The notes: generated by a model not told the origin, from the sequence alone. 34,162 nt of DNA from an uncultured archaeon (GCA_903842985.1 CAIMOB010000058.1:1-34162); one strand, 5' to 3'. Shown: positions 16,059 through 24,115, counted from the first letter of the stretch. Program-made: numbers and translations.

Positions 16059-18872
16059 TTAAGTCGCCGCCACAATTTGAAGTTTGCAGCAGAGCGCTAT
16101 AAGATCGCCGCCTGATCCTGATCTGTAACCTACCGCAACATACTCATTTGTATCTAATGTATCAGCTGCATTCCTAAAACAATCTGCATTATAAGTACTG
16201 CCGTCAGTAAAGTAATCATTTGTACCTGGATAAAGCCAACCTTCTTGTGGGCTCTTAAAGCAAGAAGATTTGTCTACTGTGATTTTTACGCCTGTTAGAG
16301 TCCCTCCCCCACTTATCTTTACATTGCCAGAAACTTCAAGCTTTTCTGCTGGAGCTGTTGTGCCGATGCCGACTCTTTGTGTTGAGCCTTGGAAGTAAGC
16401 AATAGCTGAAGCCTTACCATTGCCAACAACCAAGTTTCTAAATTGATAAATGTCATTATTATAACCACGATAGTTTATCCAAAAATCAACTATACCGCTA
16501 TTCTGCGGTTGGCTCCACATTTCATTGGTAGCTCCGGTGCAAAGAGCTTTGTTGCCGATGCAAGTATTGCCAGCCACTTCTAGCATATATCCTGGAATTG
16601 TTGTGCCAATGCCGACGTTGCCGCTATTCTGAACATACAGCGCACCATTGCCAATATATGTTGGGCCGTTTCCTGATGTGCCAGGATGCTGTATGTGCAA
16701 ACCATTCGACCCTTTTGCATTTATCTCATTATCATAAATGCTTACGCCAGTTGAGCCAGCACTTTGCAGTCCACCTTCAATAGCAGGGAAAATAATTTGG
16801 TTACTTCCAGTCGGAGTAATTGCACTGGTGCCGCTTGCAGTCCAATAGCTTGTGCCAGCAGTGGCTGCTGTTGTTTGAGTTGTTCCGTCAGGAAACTTAT
16901 AACCGCCAGACGAAGATTCTATCATACCTGCTACATTCAATTTAGAAGTTCCCGGCGACGACGTGCCGATGCCGACGTTTCCGTCTCCTTTAAGAAACAA
17001 GACATTGCTGACTTGGCTTCCAATTCCGTTTGCAATGTTAAAGGATAAATAACTATTTGATCCGCTCATGTAACTTTTTAGCGAGTGATAATACCCATTA
17101 CCTTGATCTATCCTCATAAATTCGGCGTCAGGCACGTTACCAAGATGCAATCTTACTTGCGGGCTTGTTGTGCCGATGCCGACGTTGCCGCTGGACGCTA
17201 TCGTCATTGCAGTTATGCCGTCTGGTGAATTGGCGCCATATTTGTAACCATTGACATTATTAACAACAAAAGATAACGCACCTCCTGTCAAGGTTCTTCC
17301 TGCAATAATGAAATTGCCGCCGTTATTCCCCAACTGCAAAGAATTCCAACCTAAATCTGCGCGGTATGTTTCGTCTGAAGTGTATCTAGCAATTACATGT
17401 TGATTTGCACCTACCCCTAAATCGCCACCTTCAACATCTAGTTTGTAGGCTGGACCTAACGTGCCAATGCCGACGTTGCCTGTCTGGGTTATGCGCATCC
17501 TTTCATTCGCAATAGTCCCTGCTAAGTTTCCGGTACCGACATCAAATGCCATATCTCCATAAGAGAATATATCCATCTTGTTGCTTCCTAAGTATTGAAA
17601 TCCGCCATCGCCAGAAGAAACAGAGCTGATATACATCTTTGAATTATAAGAGTTAGACAATCCTTCAAATCTTGTGACTAAGCTGCCGGAAGGACTCTTT
17701 ACATGTAAAAGTGCTCCGGGGCTTGTTGTGCCGATGCCGACGTTGCCTGACTGCAAAATTGTAAATAAATCGCTATTATTAGATGTGAATACGAAACTTT
17801 TCCAACTGTTTGAATTCCTTTTAGTTTCAAATTTCATTAAAGCATCAGGGCTGTTAGTCTGAATTTTTGAAATAGGCGCTGAATCTGGTCTGAGTGTTAA
17901 GGTACCGTTTACATCCAACGCTGTTGCGGGGCTCTTCGTGCCAATACCGATTTTGTCGGCAAGGTTTGCTGGATAAAGATTGTTGCCTGTGCGATTCCAG
18001 AAGCCAGTGGCTGCTGCAGCAACTGTGCTAAGGCATTTATTGCCAACGGCTGTGCAAATGTCTCCTGTTGCGTTTATTCTGCCGGCGACTTCCAGCTTTG
18101 CTGTAGGATTCATAACACCGATGCCGACGTTGCCATTTGTAGCAACAATAGTCAGATATGGTGATGCGGCATTGTTGCGGGCGATGCCCAAATTCTCGCT
18201 GGCTCCATTATGATAGAAATTCCAGGTATTTGTTGAGCCTGCCGCAGAAAGTCTCAGCCCCCCAGCATAGTCATTCGTAGATTGCTTGATGTCTAACTGA
18301 GCTCCAGGGTTCGTAATGCCGATGCCGACGTAACCGTTTGGCTTGATATAAAAACTATTCATTCCATTTACCTGTAACCCATATCCATCATCTGTACCAA
18401 GAAACTGGGAAATTTTAGCAACATTGCTTCTCCAGAACTGAATCATGCCGACGCTTGAACCTGCTGCTGTGTTTGTATTCAATGCAGCCAATGTTCCGCT
18501 GTTAGAACTTACGCTAAGTTTTGCAGTTCCAATGCCTGTTGTGCTAATGCTAACATTTCCAAGCACAAGAACATTTGTATTACCTCCGTTCCTGGCAGAC
18601 AAATGGATGCTCTTGCCTGTAGAAGCCTGAATCCACAAATCACCAACATTATCACAGGTCCCGCTTGCTGCACATTGCACTATTCTTGAAGAAAGAGAAC
18701 CGCTATTGAACCACAGATTGCTCTCTCCTGAATTTGTTCCTGGCTTTATGCCAATGTCGCCAGTCATGTTGCCGGGACCTATTTGGTTTGCAGAGTGTCC
18801 TGGATTCGGTACGTCTGCAAAAGCGATTGCTACAGAAATCAGAAATACGACGAAAAAAAGCAGTTTTTTCAT
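16059..18872 (-). CDS. Secreted tail-fibre-like repeat protein with Cys-rich C-terminal tip (no S74 domain)
   Basis: Signal peptide ending AFA-D; N-terminus paralogous to 11778..14624; nine GxVGIG-type repeats; GGYKFPDGTTQTTA module; ends ...LIALCCKLQIVAAT. Confidence 0.85.
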   Translation of the reverse strand: MKKLLFFVVFLISVAIAFADVPNPGHSANQIGPGNMTGDIGIKPGTNSGESNLWFNSGSLSSRIVQCAASGTCDNVGDLWIQASTGKSIHLSARNGGNTNVLVLGNVSISTTGIGTAKLSVSSNSGTLAALNTNTAAGSSVGMIQFWRSNVAKISQFLGTDDGYGLQVNGMNSFYIKPNGYVGIGITNPGAQLDIKQSTNDYAGGLRLSAAGSTNTWNFYHNGASENLGIARNNAASPYLTIVATNGNVGIGVMNPTAKLEVAGRINATGDICTAVGNKCLSTVAAAATGFWNRTGNNLYPANLADKIGIGTKSPATALDVNGTLTLRPDSAPISKIQTNSPDALMKFETKRNSNSWKSFVFTSNNSDLFTILQSGNVGIGTTSPGALLHVKSPSGSLVTRFEGLSNSYNSKMYISSVSSGDGGFQYLGSNKMDIFSYGDMAFDVGTGNLAGTIANERMRITQTGNVGIGTLGPAYKLDVEGGDLGVGANQHVIARYTSDETYRADLGWNSLQLGNNGGNFIIAGRTLTGGALSFVVNNVNGYKYGANSPDGITAMTIASSGNVGIGTTSPQVRLHLGNVPDAEFMRIDQGNGYYHSLKSYMSGSNSYLSFNIANGIGSQVSNVLFLKGDGNVGIGTSSPGTSKLNVAGMIESSSGGYKFPDGTTQTTAATAGTSYWTASGTSAITPTGSNQIIFPAIEGGLQSAGSTGVSIYDNEINAKGSNGLHIQHPGTSGNGPTYIGNGALYVQNSGNVGIGTTIPGYMLEVAGNTCIGNKALCTGATNEMWSQPQNSGIVDFWINYRGYNNDIYQFRNLVVGNGKASAIAYFQGSTQRVGIGTTAPAEKLEVSGNVKISGGGTLTGVKITVDKSSCFKSPQEGWLYPGTNDYFTDGSTYNADCFRNAADTLDTNEYVAVGYRSGSGGDLIALCCKLQIVAAT
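18049..18111. repeat. 63-nt exact direct repeat, copy 2
   Basis: Identical to 14026-14088. Confidence 0.9.
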
Positions 18873-18995
18873 ATTTTATACTTATTTTTTTACTTTTTTA
18901 TTTAATCAATTAATTACGAATTTTAATGTATATAAATATACTTATATTTAAAGGTTTCGGAAAAGTTTAATAACAAAGGCAAAAATAACAAAGAT

Positions 18996-19796
18996 ATGAA
19001 AATCGCAATAATCGCTTCAAAGAAGGATCCGGCGGGGATGAACATCGCAGAATCCCTGAAGCGTCTCTATCCATTCAAGGCGACAAATTCCAAGTTCGAG
19101 AAAGAGCCAATCTGCGAGCTAGGGTCAGCAAGCATTTACATCACAGAAACAGATTCAGTCTACTGCGAAAATATTGACAAGAAAATAGAAGCAGACCTGT
19201 TCATATTCGCGACAAAGCACCAGTCGCAGACAAAAATTCCTTCATTGAGCGCGCATGCGCCAGGCAACTGGGGAAAGGCAGAGTTCGGCGGAAAAGACAG
19301 GAAATTGTGCATTGCGCCTGCAAATTATTTGAAGGAAGCAATAATCCAATTAGAAAAATTAAACACTCTCGGCTTCGAGGTTGTTCAGGAATGCACGCAT
19401 CACGGCCCCTATCTGGAAAAGCCAGCGATGTTTATTGAAATTGGCTCATCAGAAGAGCAGTGGGGCAACAAGGAAGCTGGAAAAATAATCGCAGAAGTCA
19501 TATACTATCTGGTCACAAATGAAATCCCAGACTACAAAACAGCTTTAGGAATCGGCGGTCTGCATACAACAACAAATTTCAAGAAGATTGTCATGAAAAC
19601 AGACATTGCACTGGGGCATGCCTGCCCGAAATACAATCTGGAAAACTTAGACGAAGAAATGCTTGAGCAGGCATTAATAAAAAGCATAAGGCCTGCAGAC
19701 ATAGTAATTCTTGATTGGAAAGGCTTGAAGGAGCACAAGCAGAAGATTGTCGACCTGCTGAAAAACAGGGATTATACAAGAACAGATAAGTTCTAA
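18996..19796 (+). CDS. dtdA: D-aminoacyl-tRNA deacylase (archaeal DTD2)
   Basis: S..D.AG.NI, IFATKH.S....SLSAH.PGN, ECTHHGP, FIEIGS.E.QW, GIGG.H and GH..PKY. Confidence 0.93.
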   Translation: MKIAIIASKKDPAGMNIAESLKRLYPFKATNSKFEKEPICELGSASIYITETDSVYCENIDKKIEADLFIFATKHQSQTKIPSLSAHAPGNWGKAEFGGKDRKLCIAPANYLKEAIIQLEKLNTLGFEVVQECTHHGPYLEKPAMFIEIGSSEEQWGNKEAGKIIAEVIYYLVTNEIPDYKTALGIGGLHTTTNFKKIVMKTDIALGHACPKYNLENLDEEMLEQALIKSIRPADIVILDWKGLKEHKQKIVDLLKNRDYTRTDKF

Positions 19797-19839
19797 GTGT
19801 TCACAAACTTTATATACTGGTTCTTTTCAAACCAAGGAT

Positions 19840-20466
19840 ATGAAAAGGCTTGCAATACTCGCGCTGTTGCTGTTCACATCCTGCTCGATGGCTGGATTTT
19901 TCACAGGCAACAATTTCAAGGATGCTGTTAATAAGATAAATGCAATAGACAAGGAAAATGGTATCTCATTATCTGACTATGAAAACGGATTGGAGTATCT
20001 AAGGCTCCACCCAAGATATCCTGACCCGTTGAATATCGAAGAAATTGACCCAATAATAGAAAAATACAGCAAAGTAACTGGCGATGAAGCAGCAAATCTT
20101 TACGTCTCATTCAGGAAAAACCTTCTTTTATCAGAAAAGCATTACATGCTTGCATTCAAGACTTACAAGGGAAATATTGAAAAATACGGCATAAGATGCT
20201 CATACAATGAAAGCATTTTGGAATCATTCTCAAACCAGAACAAGTCAATAAGTTTTGGGACGGACGCTTTAAAAAACATCAAAGAGTTGAAGGAAAAGTA
20301 TCCAAATGAATTCAGCCAGCTGAATATTTCAGACAAATGGCTGACAAACACAAAGAATACATACATAGATACTGAAGGCAATCTTGGGCATCAGAAAGAA
20401 CTTTACAATTATTTCTGCGTTGAAAAGCATCAGAATAACACTCTAAAACAACAGAATAGCACTTAA
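19840..20466 (+). CDS. Predicted lipoprotein, hypothetical
   Basis: MKRLAILALLLFTSC lipobox-like signal; own TATA (TTTATATA ~19808). Confidence 0.72.
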   Translation: MKRLAILALLLFTSCSMAGFFTGNNFKDAVNKINAIDKENGISLSDYENGLEYLRLHPRYPDPLNIEEIDPIIEKYSKVTGDEAANLYVSFRKNLLLSEKHYMLAFKTYKGNIEKYGIRCSYNESILESFSNQNKSISFGTDALKNIKELKEKYPNEFSQLNISDKWLTNTKNTYIDTEGNLGHQKELYNYFCVEKHQNNTLKQQNST

Positions 20467-21236
20467 GCAGCCGGCTTTTTCTCTGACTTTTTCTCTTCTG
20501 TCTTCGCAGCGCCAGGCGCACCAGCAGCTCCGCCGGTTCCGACGATTGTTGCTAATAATTTTGTAATCAATGACTCTGAGATTCCATTTTCTTTTAATCT
20601 TGACTTTATGACGCTCTTCTCCTTGCCTACCAGCGCAGACATTATGTCGTTTGCCTTCTTCTCTTCTTCTGCGTGCCTTCTTGCAACATCTTCTGCCAGT
20701 TTCTTCTTCTCCAATTCAAGTCCCTTAAGGTCGTCTGCAGTCAACTCTGTCTTCTCTGCCTTTATCTCACTGTCATATTTGCCGGAATTAACATCCTGAA
20801 TGGCGTCAACAGCTGCTTTTCCGCCCACAAGAACTCCCATTGAGTTGCATGTGCCGATTATGCACTTGACTTTCTCCTTCAGCGTCCTGCCGCTCAAAGA
20901 ACCGGATTTCATCTTTGCAACCTTGATTATCTGCTCTATCCTCAAGTCAGCAACCTTGTCTGCGTGAGGCATTCCAGAGCCTTTCTCAATTCCTGCCTCT
21001 TTCTTGATTAAGCTTGATGTAGGAGGAGTACCGATTTCAATCTCAAATGTTTTTGTGTCTGTGTCAACTATGACTTTGATAGGAACCTGCATGCCCTTGA
21101 AGCTCTCTGTTTTCTTGTTTATCTCAATTATGACCTGCGCAACATTCAAACCAGTCGGACCTAGTGCTGGTCCTAGCGGAGGAGCGGCAGATGCCTTGCC
21201 CCCTTCAATCATCGCTTCAACAATTGTTTTAGGCAT
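20463..21236 (-). CDS. rpl11: 50S ribosomal protein L11 (uL11) with ~95-aa C-terminal extension
   Basis: GGKAS.APPLGPALGP.G, GMQVP.KV.VD, PPTS.LI and IGTC.SMGV; the core ends near GKYD (residue ~155). Confidence 0.93.
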   Translation of the reverse strand: MPKTIVEAMIEGGKASAAPPLGPALGPTGLNVAQVIIEINKKTESFKGMQVPIKVIVDTDTKTFEIEIGTPPTSSLIKKEAGIEKGSGMPHADKVADLRIEQIIKVAKMKSGSLSGRTLKEKVKCIIGTCNSMGVLVGGKAAVDAIQDVNSGKYDSEIKAEKTELTADDLKGLELEKKKLAEDVARRHAEEEKKANDIMSALVGKEKSVIKSRLKENGISESLITKLLATIVGTGGAAGAPGAAKTEEKKSEKKPAA

Positions 21237-21299
21237 AATTCATCTGTTTTTGGAGTATATTTAAAAAGGTTTCTGTTATTATTTAGAATATTGAAAATA

Positions 21300-21818
21300 T
21301 CACTTATAATGCAAAAAAGTAATATTGCAGTTCTGCATGCGCTTGTAAAAAGCATAATCTGTCTTCCTCATCTTTGAATCGAAAATTGCCAGATACATCC
21401 CCTCCCAAAAAAGGAACCAGCCGGCTGGCTGGAAAATGACTGTGAAAAATGCAGCAAGGAATGTTTTCTGAGATTCGTTCAGCAGGATGAATGTTGCGAT
21501 GAGCATCAGCAAAATGCCCAGGAATGCAAATCCAAGCCCCTGCTTTATCAGCTGCTTTCTTTCTGTTGCAAGCGCTTCATAGTGCCTGGTGAAATGCCCA
21601 TTCAGTCTTTTTTTGATTGTGTTTTCATCGCGCAAATTCTTCCTGCCATCCTCAACAAAAAATTTTATTTCAATCGGCCCTGTGGAATTCAGGTTTGCCC
21701 GCTTTGCCTCATCAAGAAAATCAGAAGATAATGCCCTCACATTATACTGCCTCGGGTCAAAATCAGAAAAAATGTCATCATAGCTGTCAAGGCGTATGTT
21801 TATCTCGTTGTCTTGCAT
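21300..21818 (-). CDS. Conserved-looking hypothetical membrane protein (2 TM)
   Basis: LDSYDDIFSDFDPR...R.LS.DF N-terminal motif; two hydrophobic segments ending GWFLFWEG. Confidence 0.75.
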   Translation of the reverse strand: MQDNEINIRLDSYDDIFSDFDPRQYNVRALSSDFLDEAKRANLNSTGPIEIKFFVEDGRKNLRDENTIKKRLNGHFTRHYEALATERKQLIKQGLGFAFLGILLMLIATFILLNESQKTFLAAFFTVIFQPAGWFLFWEGMYLAIFDSKMRKTDYAFYKRMQNCNITFLHYK

Positions 21819-21843
21819 AACCTGAAGAATTAAATCAGTGTAT

Positions 21844-22158
21844 TTAAACTTTTCTTTGCGCTTCTTGATAGTCTTTGCAATGGACCCTTATTGTTGGAAC
21901 GTTTTCCGGCGAGTTATGAACAAAGTCATGGTCGTTTTCGAGTTTTACAAAAACATTCGCCCAAAAAGGATAATTCTCTCCCATTGCACATCTTAACCCA
22001 TAATTGATTTTGCATTTTTTACCTTTTCCTTTCTGGCAATAGCTGCAATACTCTGAAAGAAATTTCTGTGCTTCTGGAAAATTGCTGAATTCCTGTGATT
22101 CTGCCCTCTTAAAACCTTTTAGAAGATCTTTTACCCTGTCTGAAAGCTCGTTGCGCAA
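21844..22158 (-). CDS. Hypothetical Cys-containing protein
   Basis: TTG start 1 nt after the spt5 stop; CSYC..C...C...C pattern; start uncertain. Confidence 0.55.
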   Translation of the reverse strand: MRNELSDRVKDLLKGFKRAESQEFSNFPEAQKFLSEYCSYCQKGKGKKCKINYGLRCAMGENYPFWANVFVKLENDHDFVHNSPENVPTIRVHCKDYQEAQRKV

Positions 22159-22159
22159 C

Positions 22160-22693
22160 TTATTCTTCTCCCGCCTCTTGCTCTCCTTCGTCAGAATCCC
22201 TTCTTATAACCTTAACAGCATCCATTTTCAAAGTGATTGGAATCGGAACAGCTGACTCAAGCAGCTCCACAACAACCTCTTCTTTTGTCTTGTCTATTCT
22301 TGTGACTTTCGCATTCTCCCTCTTAAACGGCCCTGCGATTATCTCAACAATATCGCTCTTCTTTATGTTCATCTCCTTCTTGACCTGCTCAAGCATGTGC
22401 TCGATTTCCCTGAACTCTATCGGCTGCGGAAGTATGCCTCTCGCATAGGGAATCCCGAATGCAGCCTGCTCAGCGTCTATCTTTGTGGCTGACTCAATGA
22501 AGATGTAGCCTCTCATGCCGTGCGGCCTTATGACAGAATAAACAGCAAGTTTCTTTTTCTCGGCATTGCTTGTCAGGAATCCCATGACCTGGTCTTCCCT
22601 GTTTGCCGTAACCCTGACTGCAAAGATAAGTGTATCTGACTTTTCTTCCTTATTCTCTTTCACTTCCCCGCCTATATTTTCCACTTCATCCAT
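22160..22693 (-). CDS. spt5: Transcription elongation factor Spt5 (NusG family)
   Basis: IFAVRVT.N.E, GYIFIE, KOW motif D.VEII.GPFK.E.AKV and VVVELLE..VPIP.T. Confidence 0.95.
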   Translation of the reverse strand: MDEVENIGGEVKENKEEKSDTLIFAVRVTANREDQVMGFLTSNAEKKKLAVYSVIRPHGMRGYIFIESATKIDAEQAAFGIPYARGILPQPIEFREIEHMLEQVKKEMNIKKSDIVEIIAGPFKRENAKVTRIDKTKEEVVVELLESAVPIPITLKMDAVKVIRRDSDEGEQEAGEE

Positions 22694-22694
22694 T

Positions 22695-22886
22695 TTACAA
22701 AAAAATCTGCTTTATCATCTGCAAAACAAAGCCTATGAATCCAATTATCATAATTCCAATGCCTGATACCTTGACAATTGTCTTGAACTCGTCCTTTGTG
22801 GGCTTTTTAGTAACCCTCAGGACAATCCTGCATTGGTAGATAAACCTTTTCAGCTTCTCTATCAGTGTAACTTTTTCCTCTTCCAT
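22695..22886 (-). CDS. secE: Protein translocase subunit SecE/Sec61-gamma
   Basis: RIVL.V.KKP..DEF....KV.G.G..IIG.IGF; lies between ftsZ and spt5. Confidence 0.93.
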   Translation of the reverse strand: MEEEKVTLIEKLKRFIYQCRIVLRVTKKPTKDEFKTIVKVSGIGIMIIGFIGFVLQMIKQIFL

Positions 22887-22888
22887 AC

Positions 22889-24013
22889 CTAATCAACAAA
22901 GTCAATTCCCAGTTCGTTCTCAATCTCCTTCTTCTTCGCAGCGGTCTTCTTCCTCGGCCTTCCGCCGAATATCTGCGAAGACTGGACTCCGGTTATTATC
23001 AGCATAGCCCTGATAACGCCCTGAAGGTCCTCTGAGATTAATGCTCCCCAGATTATCTTTGCGTCCTCTGAAATCCTGTCGCCGACTGTCTCGACAACCT
23101 TTCTTGCCTCGTTTAATGTCATGTCAGGTCCGCCGACAACATTAATCAATGCGCCGGTTGCGCCTGAAATATCAACATCAAGTAAAGGATTTCCAATTGC
23201 CTTTTCAACAGCATCTATTGCCCTGTTCTCTGAATCAGACTCGCCGACTCCTATCAATGCAACTCCGCCGTTTGCCATCACAGTCCTTATGTCTGCAAAA
23301 TCAACATTGACCAATCCTGCTTTTGTGACAAGCTCTGCAATTCCCTTTACCGCGTTTGTCAGTATCTCGTCAGCAACCTTGAATGCTGTGTGAAGCGGAA
23401 GATCTGGCGCGAGTTCAAGCAGCTTGTCGTTTGGTATAACAATAAGGGTGTCCACAATCTGCTCCATTTTTTCAAGACCGACAACTGCATTCTCGTATCT
23501 TCGCTGGCCTTCCATTGCAAATGGCATTGTAACGACGCCTACAGTCAGGCATCCCATCTTCTTGCTGATCTCTGCAACAACGGGGGCAGCGCCTGTTCCT
23601 GTTCCGCCGCCGAGCCCGCAGGTTATGAAAACCATGTCAGCGCCCTGAATCGCATGCTTTATTTCTGACTCATTCTCCCTTGCAGCCTCTTCGCCGATTT
23701 TTGGGATTGAGCCTGCGCCAAGCCCTTTTGTGATCTCTTTTCCAATTAGGATTTTCTTGTCAGCAGAAGTGTAAAGAAGGTCCTGCGCGTCTGTGTTTAC
23801 AGCTATTGTTTCAGCTCCTTTAACGCCGACCTCAGTGATTCTGTTTATTGTGTTGTTTCCTCCGCCGCCGATTCCGAGGACTTTTATCTGTGCCCTCTGC
23901 TTTGTGAGAAATCCCTCCAGTTCATCATCTTCCGGCACGTGCTTTTCAGGCATTGTCTGTTTCAAGCTTAATTCGTGTTTTTCAATAGGCCTTACATTAA
24001 AATGTTGTTCCAT
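22889..24013 (-). CDS. ftsZ: Cell division protein FtsZ (FtsZ1-type context)
   Basis: [24 protein letters not shown] tubulin signature, NVDFAD and C-terminal LGIDFV. Confidence 0.98.
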   Translation of the reverse strand: MEQHFNVRPIEKHELSLKQTMPEKHVPEDDELEGFLTKQRAQIKVLGIGGGGNNTINRITEVGVKGAETIAVNTDAQDLLYTSADKKILIGKEITKGLGAGSIPKIGEEAARENESEIKHAIQGADMVFITCGLGGGTGTGAAPVVAEISKKMGCLTVGVVTMPFAMEGQRRYENAVVGLEKMEQIVDTLIVIPNDKLLELAPDLPLHTAFKVADEILTNAVKGIAELVTKAGLVNVDFADIRTVMANGGVALIGVGESDSENRAIDAVEKAIGNPLLDVDISGATGALINVVGGPDMTLNEARKVVETVGDRISEDAKIIWGALISEDLQGVIRAMLIITGVQSSQIFGGRPRKKTAAKKKEIENELGIDFVD

Positions 24014-24071
24014 TTTGATACCTCATCCCCTCATGTTTAAAATCGGCCTCTTTTTGTTTTCTTTGTCAAAA

Positions 24072-24113
24072 CTTATATATAAACTTATTGAAAATTGCAA
24101 TGCAATTTTCAAT
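24072..24113 (-). promoter_or_regulatory. ftsZ promoter TATA box with adjacent perfect 13-1-13 palindrome
   Basis: TTTATATATAAG on the minus strand at 24072-24083; ATTGAAAATTGCA-A-TGCAATTTTCAAT at 24087-24113. Confidence 0.6.
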
Positions 24114-24115
24114 TT

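Larger units (their letters stand above)
12226..18329. repeat. Dispersed in-frame repeat CC(G/A)ATGCCGAC (coding GTC GGC AT(C/T) GG = VGIG), 14 copies across both fibre genes
   Basis: CCGATGCCGAC at 12226, 12790, 13033, 13453, 13708, 16363, 16966, 17173, 17731, 18118 and 18319; CCAATGCCGAC at 13225, 16606 and 17464; 24-mer GGGCTTGTTGTGCCGATGCCGACG at 13021, 17161 and 17719. Confidence 0.9.

Noticed and set aside
14001..18134. Diversity-generating retroelement TR/VR pair
   Set aside because: Both copies are internal and coding rather than at a 3' end, there are only 5 mismatches and they are not confined to adenines of one copy, and no reverse transcriptase or Avd gene is in the window.
12226..18329. 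CRISPR array interpretation of the CCGATGCCGAC repeats
   Set aside because: Spacing is irregular and long (about 170-420 nt between junctions), all copies are in frame within long ORFs, and no cas genes or leader are seen.
11778..18872. Provirus
   Set aside because: No integrase, capsid, terminase, portal or att repeats were recognised, the fibres carry signal peptides, and the flanks are cellular genes.
18933..18950. Palindrome TAAATATA-CT-TATATTTA between the fibre gene and dtdA
   Set aside because: Almost entirely A/T within a divergent promoter region; explained by TATA boxes or chance.
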